A program made the translations under genes and the position numbers. DNA of 64,000 bases from Kiritimatiellia bacterium (lineage in GTDB: Bacteria > Verrucomicrobiota > Kiritimatiellia > UBA8416 > JADHWI01), in assembly GCA_030744755.1 (NCBI GenBank), contig JASLPY010000016.1, positions 6,959 to 70,958 on the forward strand, read 5' to 3'. The notes beneath the pieces were generated by a model. The model had not been told where the DNA came from. It was given only the letters and a program-made list of their open reading frames with translations, and did no database searches. Below, in pieces: positions 18,575 through 28,627 of this stretch (position 1 is its first letter; each line of letters opens with the position of its first letter).

Positions 18575-18867
18575 CTAAATAGCACTCCCGCACAACAAGG
18601 TATCAACTGGACGAAAAGGCCCAGTTTTCACAAAAGAGTACCTTCTGGCGCGGTTCGCAGTCAAGGAGCATTTTACGTGTAACGATGGTTTTAGAAAGCC
18701 CTGAACCGGAAAACTCGATTACCTGCGCCCCGGAGCCAGAATGGCGGAGCATTTTCTTTTTTTAGAAAAGGGCTTGATTTATCTCCACAAGAGTGGTTAA
18801 AAGAACGCCCGTATTATGGGGTGGTGTAGCTATTAAACTTACACACATGGGGCGGAATTCGCAGCTT

Positions 18868-20943
18868 ATGGCTAAGTCTACGTCGAAATCAAAGGCTGGT
18901 GCAAAGATCCAGAGGAAATCAGTGACCAAATCAAAGGCCAAAGTATCCTCTACCGGAGCAAAGTCACGTTCAGCAGCAAATCCCAAGAAAAAAGCGGTAA
19001 GAAAGAAGACATCTACGAAAGAATCTGCAGTGAAGAAGACAATACCCGCTATTAAGGCGAAGAGAACGAACAAAAAGGCTGTGGCCGTCAAGGTAAAGAC
19101 AAAAGCGGCGGCCAAGCCAAAGAAGCCCGTTTCGTCGAAAGCCTCACCAAAAAAGACTGCGCGGAAGGCAAGTCCCGGGCGTGGAACTCCGCATGGTACC
19201 AAGCCAGCGAAGGCCGCTAAGTCCAAAAAGTCTCCAAAAGAGGTAAAGAAGGCCAAGACAGTTAAAGGAAAAACTGATTCAGCTCTTGAAGCCAAAGGTG
19301 AAGTGTCGCCAGGCGACATGCTGTCCAGAGAGGAACGCAACGAGAAGGTCACGCAGCTGATAAAGCTCGCGGAAACCCAGGGATACCTGACCTACGACGA
19401 TATCAACGAGAATGTTCCTGACAGCGTTGTCAGCGGGGAGGAGATGGAATCTTATCTTGCCCTCCTCCGGGGTATGGACATCGAAATAATCGAATCGAGC
19501 GCCGTCGACAAGTATCAGAAGCAGACGGCCAAGGCGGCTCAGACCGGACGTGGCGGCAAGCTGGATTTCTTCGACGATCCCATCCGCATGTATCTGCACC
19601 AGATGGGGCAGGTGCCTCTTCTCGTTCGCGAGCAGGAAGTGGAAATCTGCAAGCGCATCGAGAGTGCTGAAATCCGGGTCAAGAAGACGTTTGACCGTTT
19701 CGGGTTTGCATCGGAGATGTACCTCAGGCTCCTCGACAGGCTGGAAAACGGGGAAGAGCGGTTTGACCGTGTCGTACGTGACAAGTTCGTCGACAGCAGA
19801 GACAACTATCTCAAAAAGCTGCCAAAACTGCGCAAAGAAGTCAATTCACTGCAGGCTCGCATGGAGAAGCTGTTCAACGACCTTCGCAGCAAGAAGTTGA
19901 GCAAGGCACAACGTACACGCAAGACGAAAGCTATAGACAAGATTCTCCAGCAACTCTCGAGAGCTTTCAATCGTTTGCACTTCAAACAGAAGGTCATCGA
20001 GTCGATGGCGTCTGATGCCGAGGAGGAGTACTGGCGGTTCAGGGAAGTGCTGACAGAAATCGAAGTCCTGCGGAAGGGCCGCAAGAGCAAGAAGCGAGAT
20101 GCGGCCAAACGCGAATGCAGACGCCACGTCGTAGGAATGGAGGGCCGCTTCTGCAAGTTTTCGGATGAAGCTCTCGAGAGCTTCGATGATATGCGGGACG
20201 CCATGAAGCGTGGACAGAAAGCCAGGACCGAAATGGTTGAGGCCAATCTGCGTCTCGTGATCAGCATCGTAAAGAAATACATGAACCGTGGTCTGTCTTT
20301 CCTTGATCTTATTCAGGAAGGCAACACGGGCCTGATGAAAGCCGTTGAGAAGTTCGAATACCGGAGGGGGTACAAGTTCAGTACGTACGCCACCTGGTGG
20401 ATCCGGCAGGCCGCGACCCGCGCCATTGCGGATCAGGCTCGAACCATCAGGATTCCGGTTCACATGATCGAGACGATCAACAAGCTTCTCAGAGTACAGA
20501 AGAAGCTCGTGCAGGAATACGGACGGGAGCCCACACCTGAAGAGGCTGCCGAAGAGATGGATCTGCCGGTTGAGCGCGTGCGTGCCGTGTACAAGATGGC
20601 ACAACAGCCGATCTCACTGCAGAGTCCGGTTGGTGACGGTGAGGACGCTCATTTCGGTGACTTCATAGAAGATAAGTCCGCCGAGAATCCTTCGGAGATG
20701 ACGGCTTACAGCATGTTGAAGGACCGTCTCCGTGATGTGCTCACAACACTGACGGACAGAGAAAAGGCAGTGCTGGACTACCGCTTCGGGTTGACCGACG
20801 GATACTCCAGGACACTGGAAGAAGTAGGTAAGGAGTTCGCCGTAACGCGCGAGCGTATTCGCCAGATCGAGGCAAAAGCTCTTCGCAAGTTGAGGCATCC
20901 AACGAGGATGAGGAAACTTGAGGGCTTCCTGGAAATGAAGTAA
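18868..20943 (+). CDS. rpoD: RNA polymerase sigma-70 factor RpoD with a ~140-aa lysine-rich N-terminal extension
   Basis: Regions 2-4 are unmistakable ('[56 protein letters not shown]', '[28 protein letters not shown]'). ATG 18868 opens a KAAK/KKA-type tail. Confidence 0.95.
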   Translation: MAKSTSKSKAGAKIQRKSVTKSKAKVSSTGAKSRSAANPKKKAVRKKTSTKESAVKKTIPAIKAKRTNKKAVAVKVKTKAAAKPKKPVSSKASPKKTARKASPGRGTPHGTKPAKAAKSKKSPKEVKKAKTVKGKTDSALEAKGEVSPGDMLSREERNEKVTQLIKLAETQGYLTYDDINENVPDSVVSGEEMESYLALLRGMDIEIIESSAVDKYQKQTAKAAQTGRGGKLDFFDDPIRMYLHQMGQVPLLVREQEVEICKRIESAEIRVKKTFDRFGFASEMYLRLLDRLENGEERFDRVVRDKFVDSRDNYLKKLPKLRKEVNSLQARMEKLFNDLRSKKLSKAQRTRKTKAIDKILQQLSRAFNRLHFKQKVIESMASDAEEEYWRFREVLTEIEVLRKGRKSKKRDAAKRECRRHVVGMEGRFCKFSDEALESFDDMRDAMKRGQKARTEMVEANLRLVISIVKKYMNRGLSFLDLIQEGNTGLMKAVEKFEYRRGYKFSTYATWWIRQAATRAIADQARTIRIPVHMIETINKLLRVQKKLVQEYGREPTPEEAAEEMDLPVERVRAVYKMAQQPISLQSPVGDGEDAHFGDFIEDKSAENPSEMTAYSMLKDRLRDVLTTLTDREKAVLDYRFGLTDGYSRTLEEVGKEFAVTRERIRQIEAKALRKLRHPTRMRKLEGFLEMK

Positions 20944-21013
20944 GGCCTCGCCCGCGACGTTCATGAATACCGGAAGAACGTCATTCCCCAAAACGAGATA
21001 GGAGGAAAGAGTA

Positions 21014-21451
21014 ATGTTAGAATGGTCAATTCCCCATGTAGCTTGGTTTTCGTTGGCTTGGTTTGTTGTCGGAGTCCTGGTGGGTGTTATGGTGCCCAGA
21101 CTCTGGTCAATGAGGAAGGCGGGCAAGGGCCGTCGCCCAAGAGGTCCGCGGCGATCCGGAGGATCGCGGCCAAAGAGAAGATCTTCGTCTTCGGTGGAAA
21201 TCTACGTAGGCAACCTGGCTTACAGCGTGTCGAATCGAGACGTCGCCAAGGCCTTTGGCCGTTACGGCGAAGTTCTGGACGTCAGGATAATCCGCAACAA
21301 GGCCAACGGTAAGTCCAAAGGCTACGGTTTCGTCGAGATGGCTGATCAGCGTGGTGCCGATGAGGCGGTAAGTGAGATGAACGGCGCCGAAATCAAAGGC
21401 CGCCGCATTGTTGCCAACGAGGCAAAGTCCAACGCCAGGGACAGGGACTGA
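21014..21451 (+). CDS. RRM (RNP-1/RNP-2) RNA-binding protein with an N-terminal hydrophobic helix and an Arg-rich linker
   Basis: RNP-2 'IYVGNL' and RNP-1 'KGYGFVEM' are present. The N-terminus is 'WSIPHVAWFSLAWFVVGVLVGVMVP'. A strong SD (GGAGG at 21001-21005) lies 8 nt before ATG 21014. Confidence 0.8.
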   Translation: MLEWSIPHVAWFSLAWFVVGVLVGVMVPRLWSMRKAGKGRRPRGPRRSGGSRPKRRSSSSVEIYVGNLAYSVSNRDVAKAFGRYGEVLDVRIIRNKANGKSKGYGFVEMADQRGADEAVSEMNGAEIKGRRIVANEAKSNARDRD

Positions 21452-21462
21452 CCTGGATCTTC

Positions 21463-21482
21463 CCTGGCTGCGCCAGGTTTTT
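21463..21482 (+). terminator. weak intrinsic-terminator-like hairpin after the RRM gene
   Basis: CCTGG-ctgcg-CCAGG followed by TTTTT. The stem is only 5 bp. Confidence 0.4.
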
Positions 21483-21533
21483 CCAGGATGGTTAATGGCC
21501 TGAGCGCCGTATTCCCCCGTCCGTTGTCCGACG

Positions 21534-22079
21534 CTAGGGAAGGACGAGTCCGGCAGCCACACGCTCTGCAGCCTGGTTTCCGTCTACAAGGTCGATGAGT
21601 TTCAGGGCGAATTCGAAGGAGGTGCCGGGCCCCTGGCTGGTTACTATAGGTTCATCTACAACGACACGTTCGTTGCTTAGAATTCCCGTGGTCATCTCAT
21701 CCCGGGCTCCTGGATGGCATGTAAGCGAACGCTGGCCGGTAACCCCCGCAGCCTGGAGAACCAGTGGGCCGGCACAGATTGCGCCGACGAGTTTGCCTTC
21801 CCCGACGAATGAACGCACGGCATTGAGTACTCCCTGGTGCTGTGCAAGAACATCGGTTCCGCCGGCTCCGCCCGGCAAAGCAATGATATCAAAAGTCTCC
21901 AATTCAATGTCGCCCCACAGGGCATCCGCAACCAGTCGCACCCCGCGTGATGCCAATACGTTTTTTCCGCTAACTGAGGCGGTTACGACATCCCAGCCCG
22001 CGCGCCGCAGTGTATCCACGATGATAACAGCTTCCATTTCTTCAAGACCGTCTGCAAAAGGAACAAGAACTCTAGCCAT
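21534..22079 (-). CDS. DJ-1/PfpI family protein (YajL/ThiJ-like)
   Basis: 'MARVLVPFADGLEEMEAVIIVDTLRRAG' and the nucleophile-elbow motif 'VGAICAGP'. Confidence 0.85.
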   Translation of the reverse strand: MARVLVPFADGLEEMEAVIIVDTLRRAGWDVVTASVSGKNVLASRGVRLVADALWGDIELETFDIIALPGGAGGTDVLAQHQGVLNAVRSFVGEGKLVGAICAGPLVLQAAGVTGQRSLTCHPGARDEMTTGILSNERVVVDEPIVTSQGPGTSFEFALKLIDLVDGNQAAERVAAGLVLP

Positions 22080-22198
22080 GGTACCAACCTCCCGTTGAAT
22101 GTTCCCACTATGCGAGAAAAAGCGCAGTCATTTCAACCAGTATCGCGATCAGGCATTGGGCCTTGTATAGACTGGGGGCTAATGCTTAAGTTGTCCAC

Positions 22199-23584
22199 AT
22201 GCGTTATATAAGTACAAGAGGAAGAACCCAGCCGATCGGCTTCAGCCAGGCGGTGATGATGGGTATGGCCGATGACGGCGGACTACTGTTGCCTGAAGAA
22301 ATACCGGATGTATCCGGATTCCTGGACGAATGGCGTTCGCTTTCCTACGTCGAGCTGGCAAAGAAGGTGATGAGGTGCTACACCGACCTGCACGAAGGCA
22401 CCTTGTCGTTACTTGTGGAACAGAGCTACTCGACCTTCCGGCATCCTGAAATCACTCCCGTGGCACAGGTCGGGGATCTGAATATCCTCGAACTCTTCCA
22501 TGGGCCGACGCTTGCATTCAAGGATGTTGCCCTGCAGTTCCTTGGCAATCTTTTCGAACACCTTCTGTCCGGATCGGGAGATCGACTTAATATCCTGGCC
22601 GCAACAAGCGGCGATACTGGAAGCGCCGCCATCCACGGTGTTCGCGGCAAGGACCGCATAAGCATATTCGTAATGCATCCCCATAACCGTACGAGCAGGA
22701 TCCAGGAACTGCAGATGACCACCGTGCTGGATGAGAACGTCCACAACATTGCGATCCAGGGGACATTCGACGACTGCCAGGCCATCATGAAGACCATATT
22801 CAGAGACCTTGAGTTCAAAGCCGCCCATTCCCTGGGCACGGTGAACTCAATCAACTGGGCCAGGATCGTGGCCCAGGTCGTTTACTACTTCTACTCGGCA
22901 TTCCGCGTGATGGAACGAACCGGTGCATCGAAGGTGCGTTTTTCCGTTCCCACCGGTAATTTTGGGGACATCTTCGCGGGTTACCTCGCCTACCGTATGG
23001 GCTTGCCCATAGGTAAGTTGATCCTTGCCACGAACGAGAACGACATTCTCGCACGATTCTTCGACACGGGAGAGTACAGCCTTTCGGATGTGCGTGCCAC
23101 GATCAGTCCCTCCATGGATATCCAGGTAGCCAGCAACTTCGAGCGTTACCTTTACTATCTCATCGGAGAGGATCCTGGACGCCTTTCGGAGATGATGTCC
23201 GAGTTTGTCGAAAATGGCCGGCTTGAGATTGATCAGTTCAGTGGAAAGGACGTGGCCGGCATTTTTGCCGCTGGATCGGGAGACACGGCAGGAACGCTGG
23301 ATACCATCAGACGCTTGCTGGCTGAGCATGAGTACCTTGTGGATCCACACACGGCCGTTGGTGTGCAGGTGGGAAGTCGACACCTGGACCCGGCGGAGCC
23401 CATGATATGCCTGGCCACCGCCCATCCGGCGAAGTTCAGCAAGGCGATTCTTGACGCAACAGGGGGCGATCTTGCACATCATCCCATTATAGACGGGCTT
23501 GCCGATCTCCCTTCGCGTTGCAACGTTCTTCCCGGGTCGGTTGATGAAGTGCGCAAGTACCTGGGTTCATTGGCTATAGGCTGA
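22199..23584 (+). CDS. thrC: threonine synthase (long form)
   Basis: N-terminal 'MRYISTRG', PLP-lysine context 'GPTLAFKDVALQF', and a length of 461 aa. Confidence 0.9.
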   Translation: MRYISTRGRTQPIGFSQAVMMGMADDGGLLLPEEIPDVSGFLDEWRSLSYVELAKKVMRCYTDLHEGTLSLLVEQSYSTFRHPEITPVAQVGDLNILELFHGPTLAFKDVALQFLGNLFEHLLSGSGDRLNILAATSGDTGSAAIHGVRGKDRISIFVMHPHNRTSRIQELQMTTVLDENVHNIAIQGTFDDCQAIMKTIFRDLEFKAAHSLGTVNSINWARIVAQVVYYFYSAFRVMERTGASKVRFSVPTGNFGDIFAGYLAYRMGLPIGKLILATNENDILARFFDTGEYSLSDVRATISPSMDIQVASNFERYLYYLIGEDPGRLSEMMSEFVENGRLEIDQFSGKDVAGIFAAGSGDTAGTLDTIRRLLAEHEYLVDPHTAVGVQVGSRHLDPAEPMICLATAHPAKFSKAILDATGGDLAHHPIIDGLADLPSRCNVLPGSVDEVRKYLGSLAIG

Positions 23585-23618
23585 AGACGGCTGCCTTTTC
23601 GCTTCGCTGGAGTCCACG

Positions 23619-23969
23619 ATGGCCTGGAAATGTCAAAGATGCGGTAATTGCTGCAGGGTCGAAGGCTATGTTCGACTTCGTCCCGGCGAAGCCGAATTGT
23701 TGGCGGAGGCGATGGAGCTTCCCGCGGGGGAATTCATCGACAAGTACACACACTTAACGGCAGACAGACAATGCCTGAGCCTCACGGAGAAGCAGGATGG
23801 TTCCTGCATCTTCCTTTTGAAGAACAACACATGCAAAATCAATGATTTGAAACCCGCACAGTGCCGCAACTTTCCCCACAGGTGGCATTTCAGCGGATAT
23901 GAAGAACTGTGCCGGGGATTATCTGATCCCGGGCATAGCACAGGAGAAAAAGAAAACAGTGAAAAATGA
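23619..23969 (+). CDS. YkgJ-family cysteine-cluster protein (UPF0153)
   Basis: 'CQRCGNCCR' at the N-terminus and 'DGSCIFL...NTCKINDLKPAQCRNFP' at the C-terminus. Confidence 0.75.
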   Translation: MAWKCQRCGNCCRVEGYVRLRPGEAELLAEAMELPAGEFIDKYTHLTADRQCLSLTEKQDGSCIFLLKNNTCKINDLKPAQCRNFPHRWHFSGYEELCRGLSDPGHSTGEKENSEK

Positions 23970-26094
23970 CAGAACCAAACCGAGAATAATCCAGATCCTC
24001 ACCGAAAACGAAAAGAAACCCATGACGGCGGGTGATATTTCCGCCGCCCTGGAACTCAGGGGAGCGCAGCGCAAACGCCTGCAAAAGCTTCTGAGCACGA
24101 TGGTCGCAGAAGGCGATATTGTCGTGATCCGCCGCAACCGTTACTGCCTGGGGGCTCCCGCCGACCTGCAAACGGGCGTGCTTGATGTCGTGCGCTCCGG
24201 CAACGGCTATCTGACTCCCAAAGAAACCGGCGAATCTGTGTTCGTTGCATCGGGGGACATGGGTGTGGCACTTCCGGGAGACCGTGTGGTAGTGCGCCTG
24301 TACCGCCCCGCCCACGGTAACCGCCGTGGGCTCCAGGGCAAGGTTATAAGGGTAATCGACAGGATTCGTCGTGATATTGTCGGCACGTTGAAATCAACGG
24401 GCCGGTTCCTGTACGCGGTCCCTATTGACCCGGCCTACCACAAGGATTTCTACGTTCAGGAAGACAAGGGCGCAAAGATAGATGATCGGGTAGTGGTCAG
24501 GTTCACGGGTTGGCAGAATGTTCACGTTAATCCCGAGGGCGAGATCATTGAGGTCCTTGGCCCCGCTGATAATCCGGCAGTGGATACCTTGTCGGTTATC
24601 AGGCAAAATCGAATCCGTGACGAATTCTCGCCTGAAGTTATGCGAGAGGTGGAATCAGTATCGGCGCTCATGGATGATCCCGGGACACGCCAGGACCTGA
24701 CGAGCCGTCTCGTGTTGACGATTGACCCGGAACGGGCCAGGGATTTCGATGACGCATTGTCGCTGGAGAAGGATGAGAACGGCAACAGGGTCCTGGGCGT
24801 GCACATTGCCGACGTGAGCCACTTCGTCCGCCCTGGATCAGGGATTGACGAAGAAGCGTACAAGAGAGGAAACAGCGTGTATCTTCCCGACAAGGTAATA
24901 CCAATGCTTCCCGAGCAGCTTTCGAACGGCATTTGTAGCCTCGGCCCAGCGGAAAACAGGCTGGCTTTTTCAGCATTTCTCACGGTTGACGCGAAGGGGA
25001 CCGTAATTGGCAGGCGGTTTGCCAAAACCATTATCCGTTCACGCTGCCGGCTTACCTACGAGGAAGCGCTCTCGGTCCTGGAAAACCGCGAACGAAAGGA
25101 TCTCCCTGAATCACTCGACAACAACGGGAAGCGCCTTCTGCGTGATCTCAACCGCATGGCCCAGCAATGGCGAAAGCGGCGCTTTGCACGCAACGCGCTC
25201 CAGCTTGACGTTCCGGAGTGCGAGATTGTGATGGGAGACGATTCCCGGATGACGGGGATTCGTGCCGTTGGCACGGATGTGTCTCACCAGCTCGTGGAAG
25301 AATGCATGATCGCGGCAAATGAAGCGGTTGCAGCTGAACTGGCAGGAAAGAAGATACCTCTGATATCAAGGCTTCACGAGGCACCCGGCCCGGACAAGAT
25401 AGAGGACTTGGCGGCCGAGCTTGTGGAGATGGGGTATTCCCCCGGGAACCTGGGGCAAAGACGCAACCTGGCCGCCTTTCTCCGTTCCGTTACCGGTGAT
25501 CCTCTCGAGCACCATGTGAAGATCGCCGTTCTGAAGAAGATGAAGCGGGCCCTGTACTCATCGGATGACACCGGGCATTACGGGTTGGCCAAGAAATTCT
25601 ATGCCCATTTCACATCGCCGATCCGCCGTTACCCCGATCTTGTCGTGCACAGGCAGTTGCAGGCCTTCCTGCTTGGATCGAAACTTCCTTACAACCGAAA
25701 GGCTCTCGCGCGGATATCCATGTTGTGTTCCGAGACCGAACAGGTAGCAGAAAAGGCCGAACGTGACGTCATCGAAATCAAGAAATACAGGTATCTACAG
25801 CAGCAGATAGACGAAGACAAACTTGAGATATACGATGCCGTTGTCGCGAAGGTTGTCAATTTCGGAATGTTCGTGGAAGTTCCGGGTTTAATGCTGCAGG
25901 GGATGGTCCATATTTCGGCGATTTCGGATAAATTCGTACGGTACAGCCGCAGGAACCAGACGCTACGTGCAGGGTCGAATGTCTACAAATTGGGTGCCGG
26001 GCTTCGCGTGTCACCTGCCCGTGTTGACTTCGATAAGCGACAGATTGATTTCTCGTTGGCGAAGAAGCGCAGGGGGGTAGGCGGTAACCCCTAG
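23959..26094 (+). CDS. rnr: ribonuclease R
   Basis: RNB motifs 'DPERARDFDDALS', 'VHIADVSHFV', 'SVYLPDKVIPMLPE' and 'HYGLAKKFYAHFTSPIRRYPDLVVHR', plus a C-terminal S1 domain. The start is uncertain: GTG 23959 (11-nt overlap with the upstream gene) or ATG 23899 (71-nt overlap). Confidence 0.9.
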   Translation: MKNDRTKPRIIQILTENEKKPMTAGDISAALELRGAQRKRLQKLLSTMVAEGDIVVIRRNRYCLGAPADLQTGVLDVVRSGNGYLTPKETGESVFVASGDMGVALPGDRVVVRLYRPAHGNRRGLQGKVIRVIDRIRRDIVGTLKSTGRFLYAVPIDPAYHKDFYVQEDKGAKIDDRVVVRFTGWQNVHVNPEGEIIEVLGPADNPAVDTLSVIRQNRIRDEFSPEVMREVESVSALMDDPGTRQDLTSRLVLTIDPERARDFDDALSLEKDENGNRVLGVHIADVSHFVRPGSGIDEEAYKRGNSVYLPDKVIPMLPEQLSNGICSLGPAENRLAFSAFLTVDAKGTVIGRRFAKTIIRSRCRLTYEEALSVLENRERKDLPESLDNNGKRLLRDLNRMAQQWRKRRFARNALQLDVPECEIVMGDDSRMTGIRAVGTDVSHQLVEECMIAANEAVAAELAGKKIPLISRLHEAPGPDKIEDLAAELVEMGYSPGNLGQRRNLAAFLRSVTGDPLEHHVKIAVLKKMKRALYSSDDTGHYGLAKKFYAHFTSPIRRYPDLVVHRQLQAFLLGSKLPYNRKALARISMLCSETEQVAEKAERDVIEIKKYRYLQQQIDEDKLEIYDAVVAKVVNFGMFVEVPGLMLQGMVHISAISDKFVRYSRRNQTLRAGSNVYKLGAGLRVSPARVDFDKRQIDFSLAKKRRGVGGNP

Positions 26095-26099
26095 CCCCT

Positions 26100-26125
26100 G
26101 CGTTTTGCGTAACAACGCAAAACGC
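26100..26125 (+). terminator. terminator-like hairpin after rnr (no U-tract)
   Basis: 11-bp perfect stem GCGTTTTGCGT / ACGCAAAACGC with an AACA loop. Confidence 0.4.
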
Positions 26126-26176
26126 TCATAGACAGGCTGGACACATGCGCAGAATTGGCGTATCATACAACCTGCA

Positions 26177-26605
26177 ATGAAGAGCACACCACACAGGGCA
26201 GCACTGATTCTGCTGGGAGTCGCGCTGATCGGAAACGGAAGCTGGTGTTTCTGTGGAGCCACCTGCGACTCGTACATTGATGTAGCCGCAGGAGTAACAG
26301 CCGAAGCGTCGCAGTCGAACTGCGATTGCTGCAACCATGCGAAAGACGACACACAGGCCCCGGAATGCTGCACTTCCGAGGAAGAGGGCTTGTGTTGCGG
26401 TTGCTGTGTTGAACGACTGCCGGCCGTGCCAACGGCCACCGATACCATTGACGCCAGACATATGCCTTTCGCGCTCTCCGCACCGCATCCTGCACATTGG
26501 GATATCTTGTCCGGGTATTCCGCAAGTACCGGCATCGCGTTCAGTTGTCGTGATTCCCTCTCAAGTGGGCAACTCTATCTACGCCTTGGGGTCCTGCGAA
26601 TCTGA
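26177..26605 (+). CDS. secreted cysteine-rich protein (13 Cys in 142 aa), first gene of the export operon
   Basis: Signal-like 'MKSTPHRAALILLGVALIG', then 'WCFCGATC', 'NCDCCNH', 'PECC' and 'LCCGCC' within about 55 aa. It is on the same strand as the following six genes, with a short gap. There is no obvious SD, and competing antisense ORFs exist. Confidence 0.5.
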   Translation: MKSTPHRAALILLGVALIGNGSWCFCGATCDSYIDVAAGVTAEASQSNCDCCNHAKDDTQAPECCTSEEEGLCCGCCVERLPAVPTATDTIDARHMPFALSAPHPAHWDILSGYSASTGIAFSCRDSLSSGQLYLRLGVLRI

Positions 26606-26691
26606 TGCCGCTATCCCACCTCGTCGGCATCCTGATCTGATTCGTGACGGGTAGTGATCCATCTCTATCCAAAGCAATAGGACTTCAACAA

Positions 26692-27930
26692 ATGGAAAGC
26701 AAACCACCATCCGCGGTGCCGGGGCACCTGACAAGTAAGCCGCCACCGCAACGACATTCACGGAGGCGTTGGGAAACGCCCCTTCTGAGCATATTAATTC
26801 TCGTTGGCATGCTGACCGTGCTGTTTCTGATCTTCCGTGATCGGCTGACGGTCGCGCTACCCGTAGAGGTCGCCACGGTTGTACTACTGGAGCAGGACAC
26901 ATCCTTGTCTCCATCAACAGTGTCGGGCGAACGGGAGCTTCTGTTCCAGGCATCTGGCTGGCTGGAACCGGATCCGTGGCCGGTGAATATCGCCGTGTTG
27001 ACGGACGGCTTTGTCGAGGACGTATTCATCAAGGAGGGCGAGACCGTCACCAACGGCCAGATCGTAGCGCGGCTTGATGCAGCCGATGCCACGTTGGAGA
27101 AACGGGCAGCCGAAGCCAGCCTTGGGGGAGCGTCGGCGCGACTGTCCGAAGCGCAGGACAATTGGCAACGCATTAGCTCCCTGGCGAAGCATGACGTGAC
27201 CGAAAGAGAGCGTGTGGCGGCAAGACTGGCGCTCGATCAGCGGGAAGCCGAAGCCAAAGCTGCACGAGTCCGACTCGAAACGGCACAACTCGCCCTTGAG
27301 CGGACCGTGATCCAGGCCCATCACAACGGGGTCATTCTGCGGCGTTTTGTCGAGCCGGGCCAGAAACGGCGTGCCGCGATGGATGATCCCCACAGTGCCA
27401 CCATTGCATCGCTCTTTGACCCCAAGCATCTGCAAGTGCGGGTCGATGTGCCCTTGGCAGAGGCCGGACGCGTTTTTACCGGGCAGGAAACCCATATTTC
27501 AACCGCCATGCTTCCGGGACAGGTGTTCACCGGACGGGTAACCAGGATTGTCGGCCAGGCTGATATCCAGCGCAATACCCTCCAGGTCAAGGTCGCCGTG
27601 AGAAACCCGAGTCCCCGCCTGAGACCGGAGATACTTTGCCGGGTCGAATTCTGGAGCGATGTGGCAACACCGGAAGGTGTTGAGACGGGCCGCCATGCCC
27701 TGTGGGTTCCGGAAGAAGCCCTGCCGGACAGAACGGCAACGGAACAGGCTGTGTGGATTGTTGACCCGCTCACGCAGCGCGCAGGCAGACGCACGATTCG
27801 TCTGTCCGATATACGTACTCATGGCCACCGGCTGGTTCTGGAAGGGCTACGGGCAAATGAAACCATCATCCTCGGCAATCCCGCCGGACTGAAAGAGGGG
27901 CGACGAATCAGGAGGATGTCCAAACCATGA
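26692..27930 (+). CDS. HlyD/MacA-type periplasmic adaptor (membrane fusion protein)
   Basis: N-terminal TM 'LLSILILVGMLTVLFLIF', a lipoyl/hairpin/beta-barrel pattern ('GFVEDVFIKEGETVTNGQIVARLD', coiled-coil, 'GQVFTGRVTRIVGQADIQRNTLQVKV'). Its stop overlaps the next start (ATGA). Confidence 0.85.
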   Translation: MESKPPSAVPGHLTSKPPPQRHSRRRWETPLLSILILVGMLTVLFLIFRDRLTVALPVEVATVVLLEQDTSLSPSTVSGERELLFQASGWLEPDPWPVNIAVLTDGFVEDVFIKEGETVTNGQIVARLDAADATLEKRAAEASLGGASARLSEAQDNWQRISSLAKHDVTERERVAARLALDQREAEAKAARVRLETAQLALERTVIQAHHNGVILRRFVEPGQKRRAAMDDPHSATIASLFDPKHLQVRVDVPLAEAGRVFTGQETHISTAMLPGQVFTGRVTRIVGQADIQRNTLQVKVAVRNPSPRLRPEILCRVEFWSDVATPEGVETGRHALWVPEEALPDRTATEQAVWIVDPLTQRAGRRTIRLSDIRTHGHRLVLEGLRANETIILGNPAGLKEGRRIRRMSKP

Positions 27931-28625
27931 ATGACCATGACGATATACTGATTCGTTGTCATGAACTGACAAAACACTACCGCCGGGGAGATCGTACGGT
28001 TACGCCCCTTCAGGCACTCGACCTGCTCGTGTCGCGCGGCGAATATCTTGCGCTGATGGGACCATCCGGTTCGGGAAAAACTACGCTCCTGAACCTCGTG
28101 GCAGGCATCGATTCTCCAAGCGAAGGAAAGCTGGAAGTCTGCGGCCAGGACCTTACGCAGCTCTCCCGCGGACGTCTCGCCCGTTGGCGGGCCCATCATG
28201 TTGGCTACATCTTCCAGCTCTATCACCTGGTGCCCGTGCTGACAGCTTTTGAGAACGTTGAGTTGCCATTGCTGCTCGATGACCTGTCACGGCGCGAGCG
28301 CCGCGAACGGGTGGAAAGCACGCTGGCACTCGTGGGACTTGACGACCGCATGCACCACTTCCCGAGGGAGCTGTCGGGGGGGCAGGAGCAGCGCGTTGCC
28401 ATCGCGCGAGCTCTGGTGGGATCTCCCGAACTACTGGTTGCAGACGAACCAACGGGAGACCTGGACCGTGAAGCCGCCGACGCTGTCCTTGGACTGCTTC
28501 GCTCGCTTTCCCGGGAGTACGGCAAGACCATTGTAATGGTCACGCACGATCCCCGTGCCGCGCAGGCCGCCGACCGGATTCTGCACCTTGAGAAGGGGCG
28601 GCTGCTGGAGCAGGAAGGAGCATAA
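27927..28625 (+). CDS. ABC transporter ATP-binding protein (MacB/LolD type)
   Basis: Walker A '[12 protein letters not shown]', signature '[15 protein letters not shown]' and Walker B '[12 protein letters not shown]'. Confidence 0.9.
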   Translation: MNDHDDILIRCHELTKHYRRGDRTVTPLQALDLLVSRGEYLALMGPSGSGKTTLLNLVAGIDSPSEGKLEVCGQDLTQLSRGRLARWRAHHVGYIFQLYHLVPVLTAFENVELPLLLDDLSRRERRERVESTLALVGLDDRMHHFPRELSGGQEQRVAIARALVGSPELLVADEPTGDLDREAADAVLGLLRSLSREYGKTIVMVTHDPRAAQAADRILHLEKGRLLEQEGA

Positions 28626-28627
28626 CC

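Noticed and set aside
18762-19352. 196-aa Phe-rich antisense ORF opposite the start of rpoD
   Set aside because: It is the complement of the AAG/AAA-rich lysine tail (giving CTT/TTT codons), so it is a low-complexity artefact.
26011-26535. Minus-strand ORFs (174, 123 and 120 aa) overlapping the Cys-rich + strand ORF
   Set aside because: They have no features, and one overlaps the rnr 3' end. The + strand ORF has a signal-like N-terminus and is co-directional with the export operon. The + strand call itself is only moderately confident.
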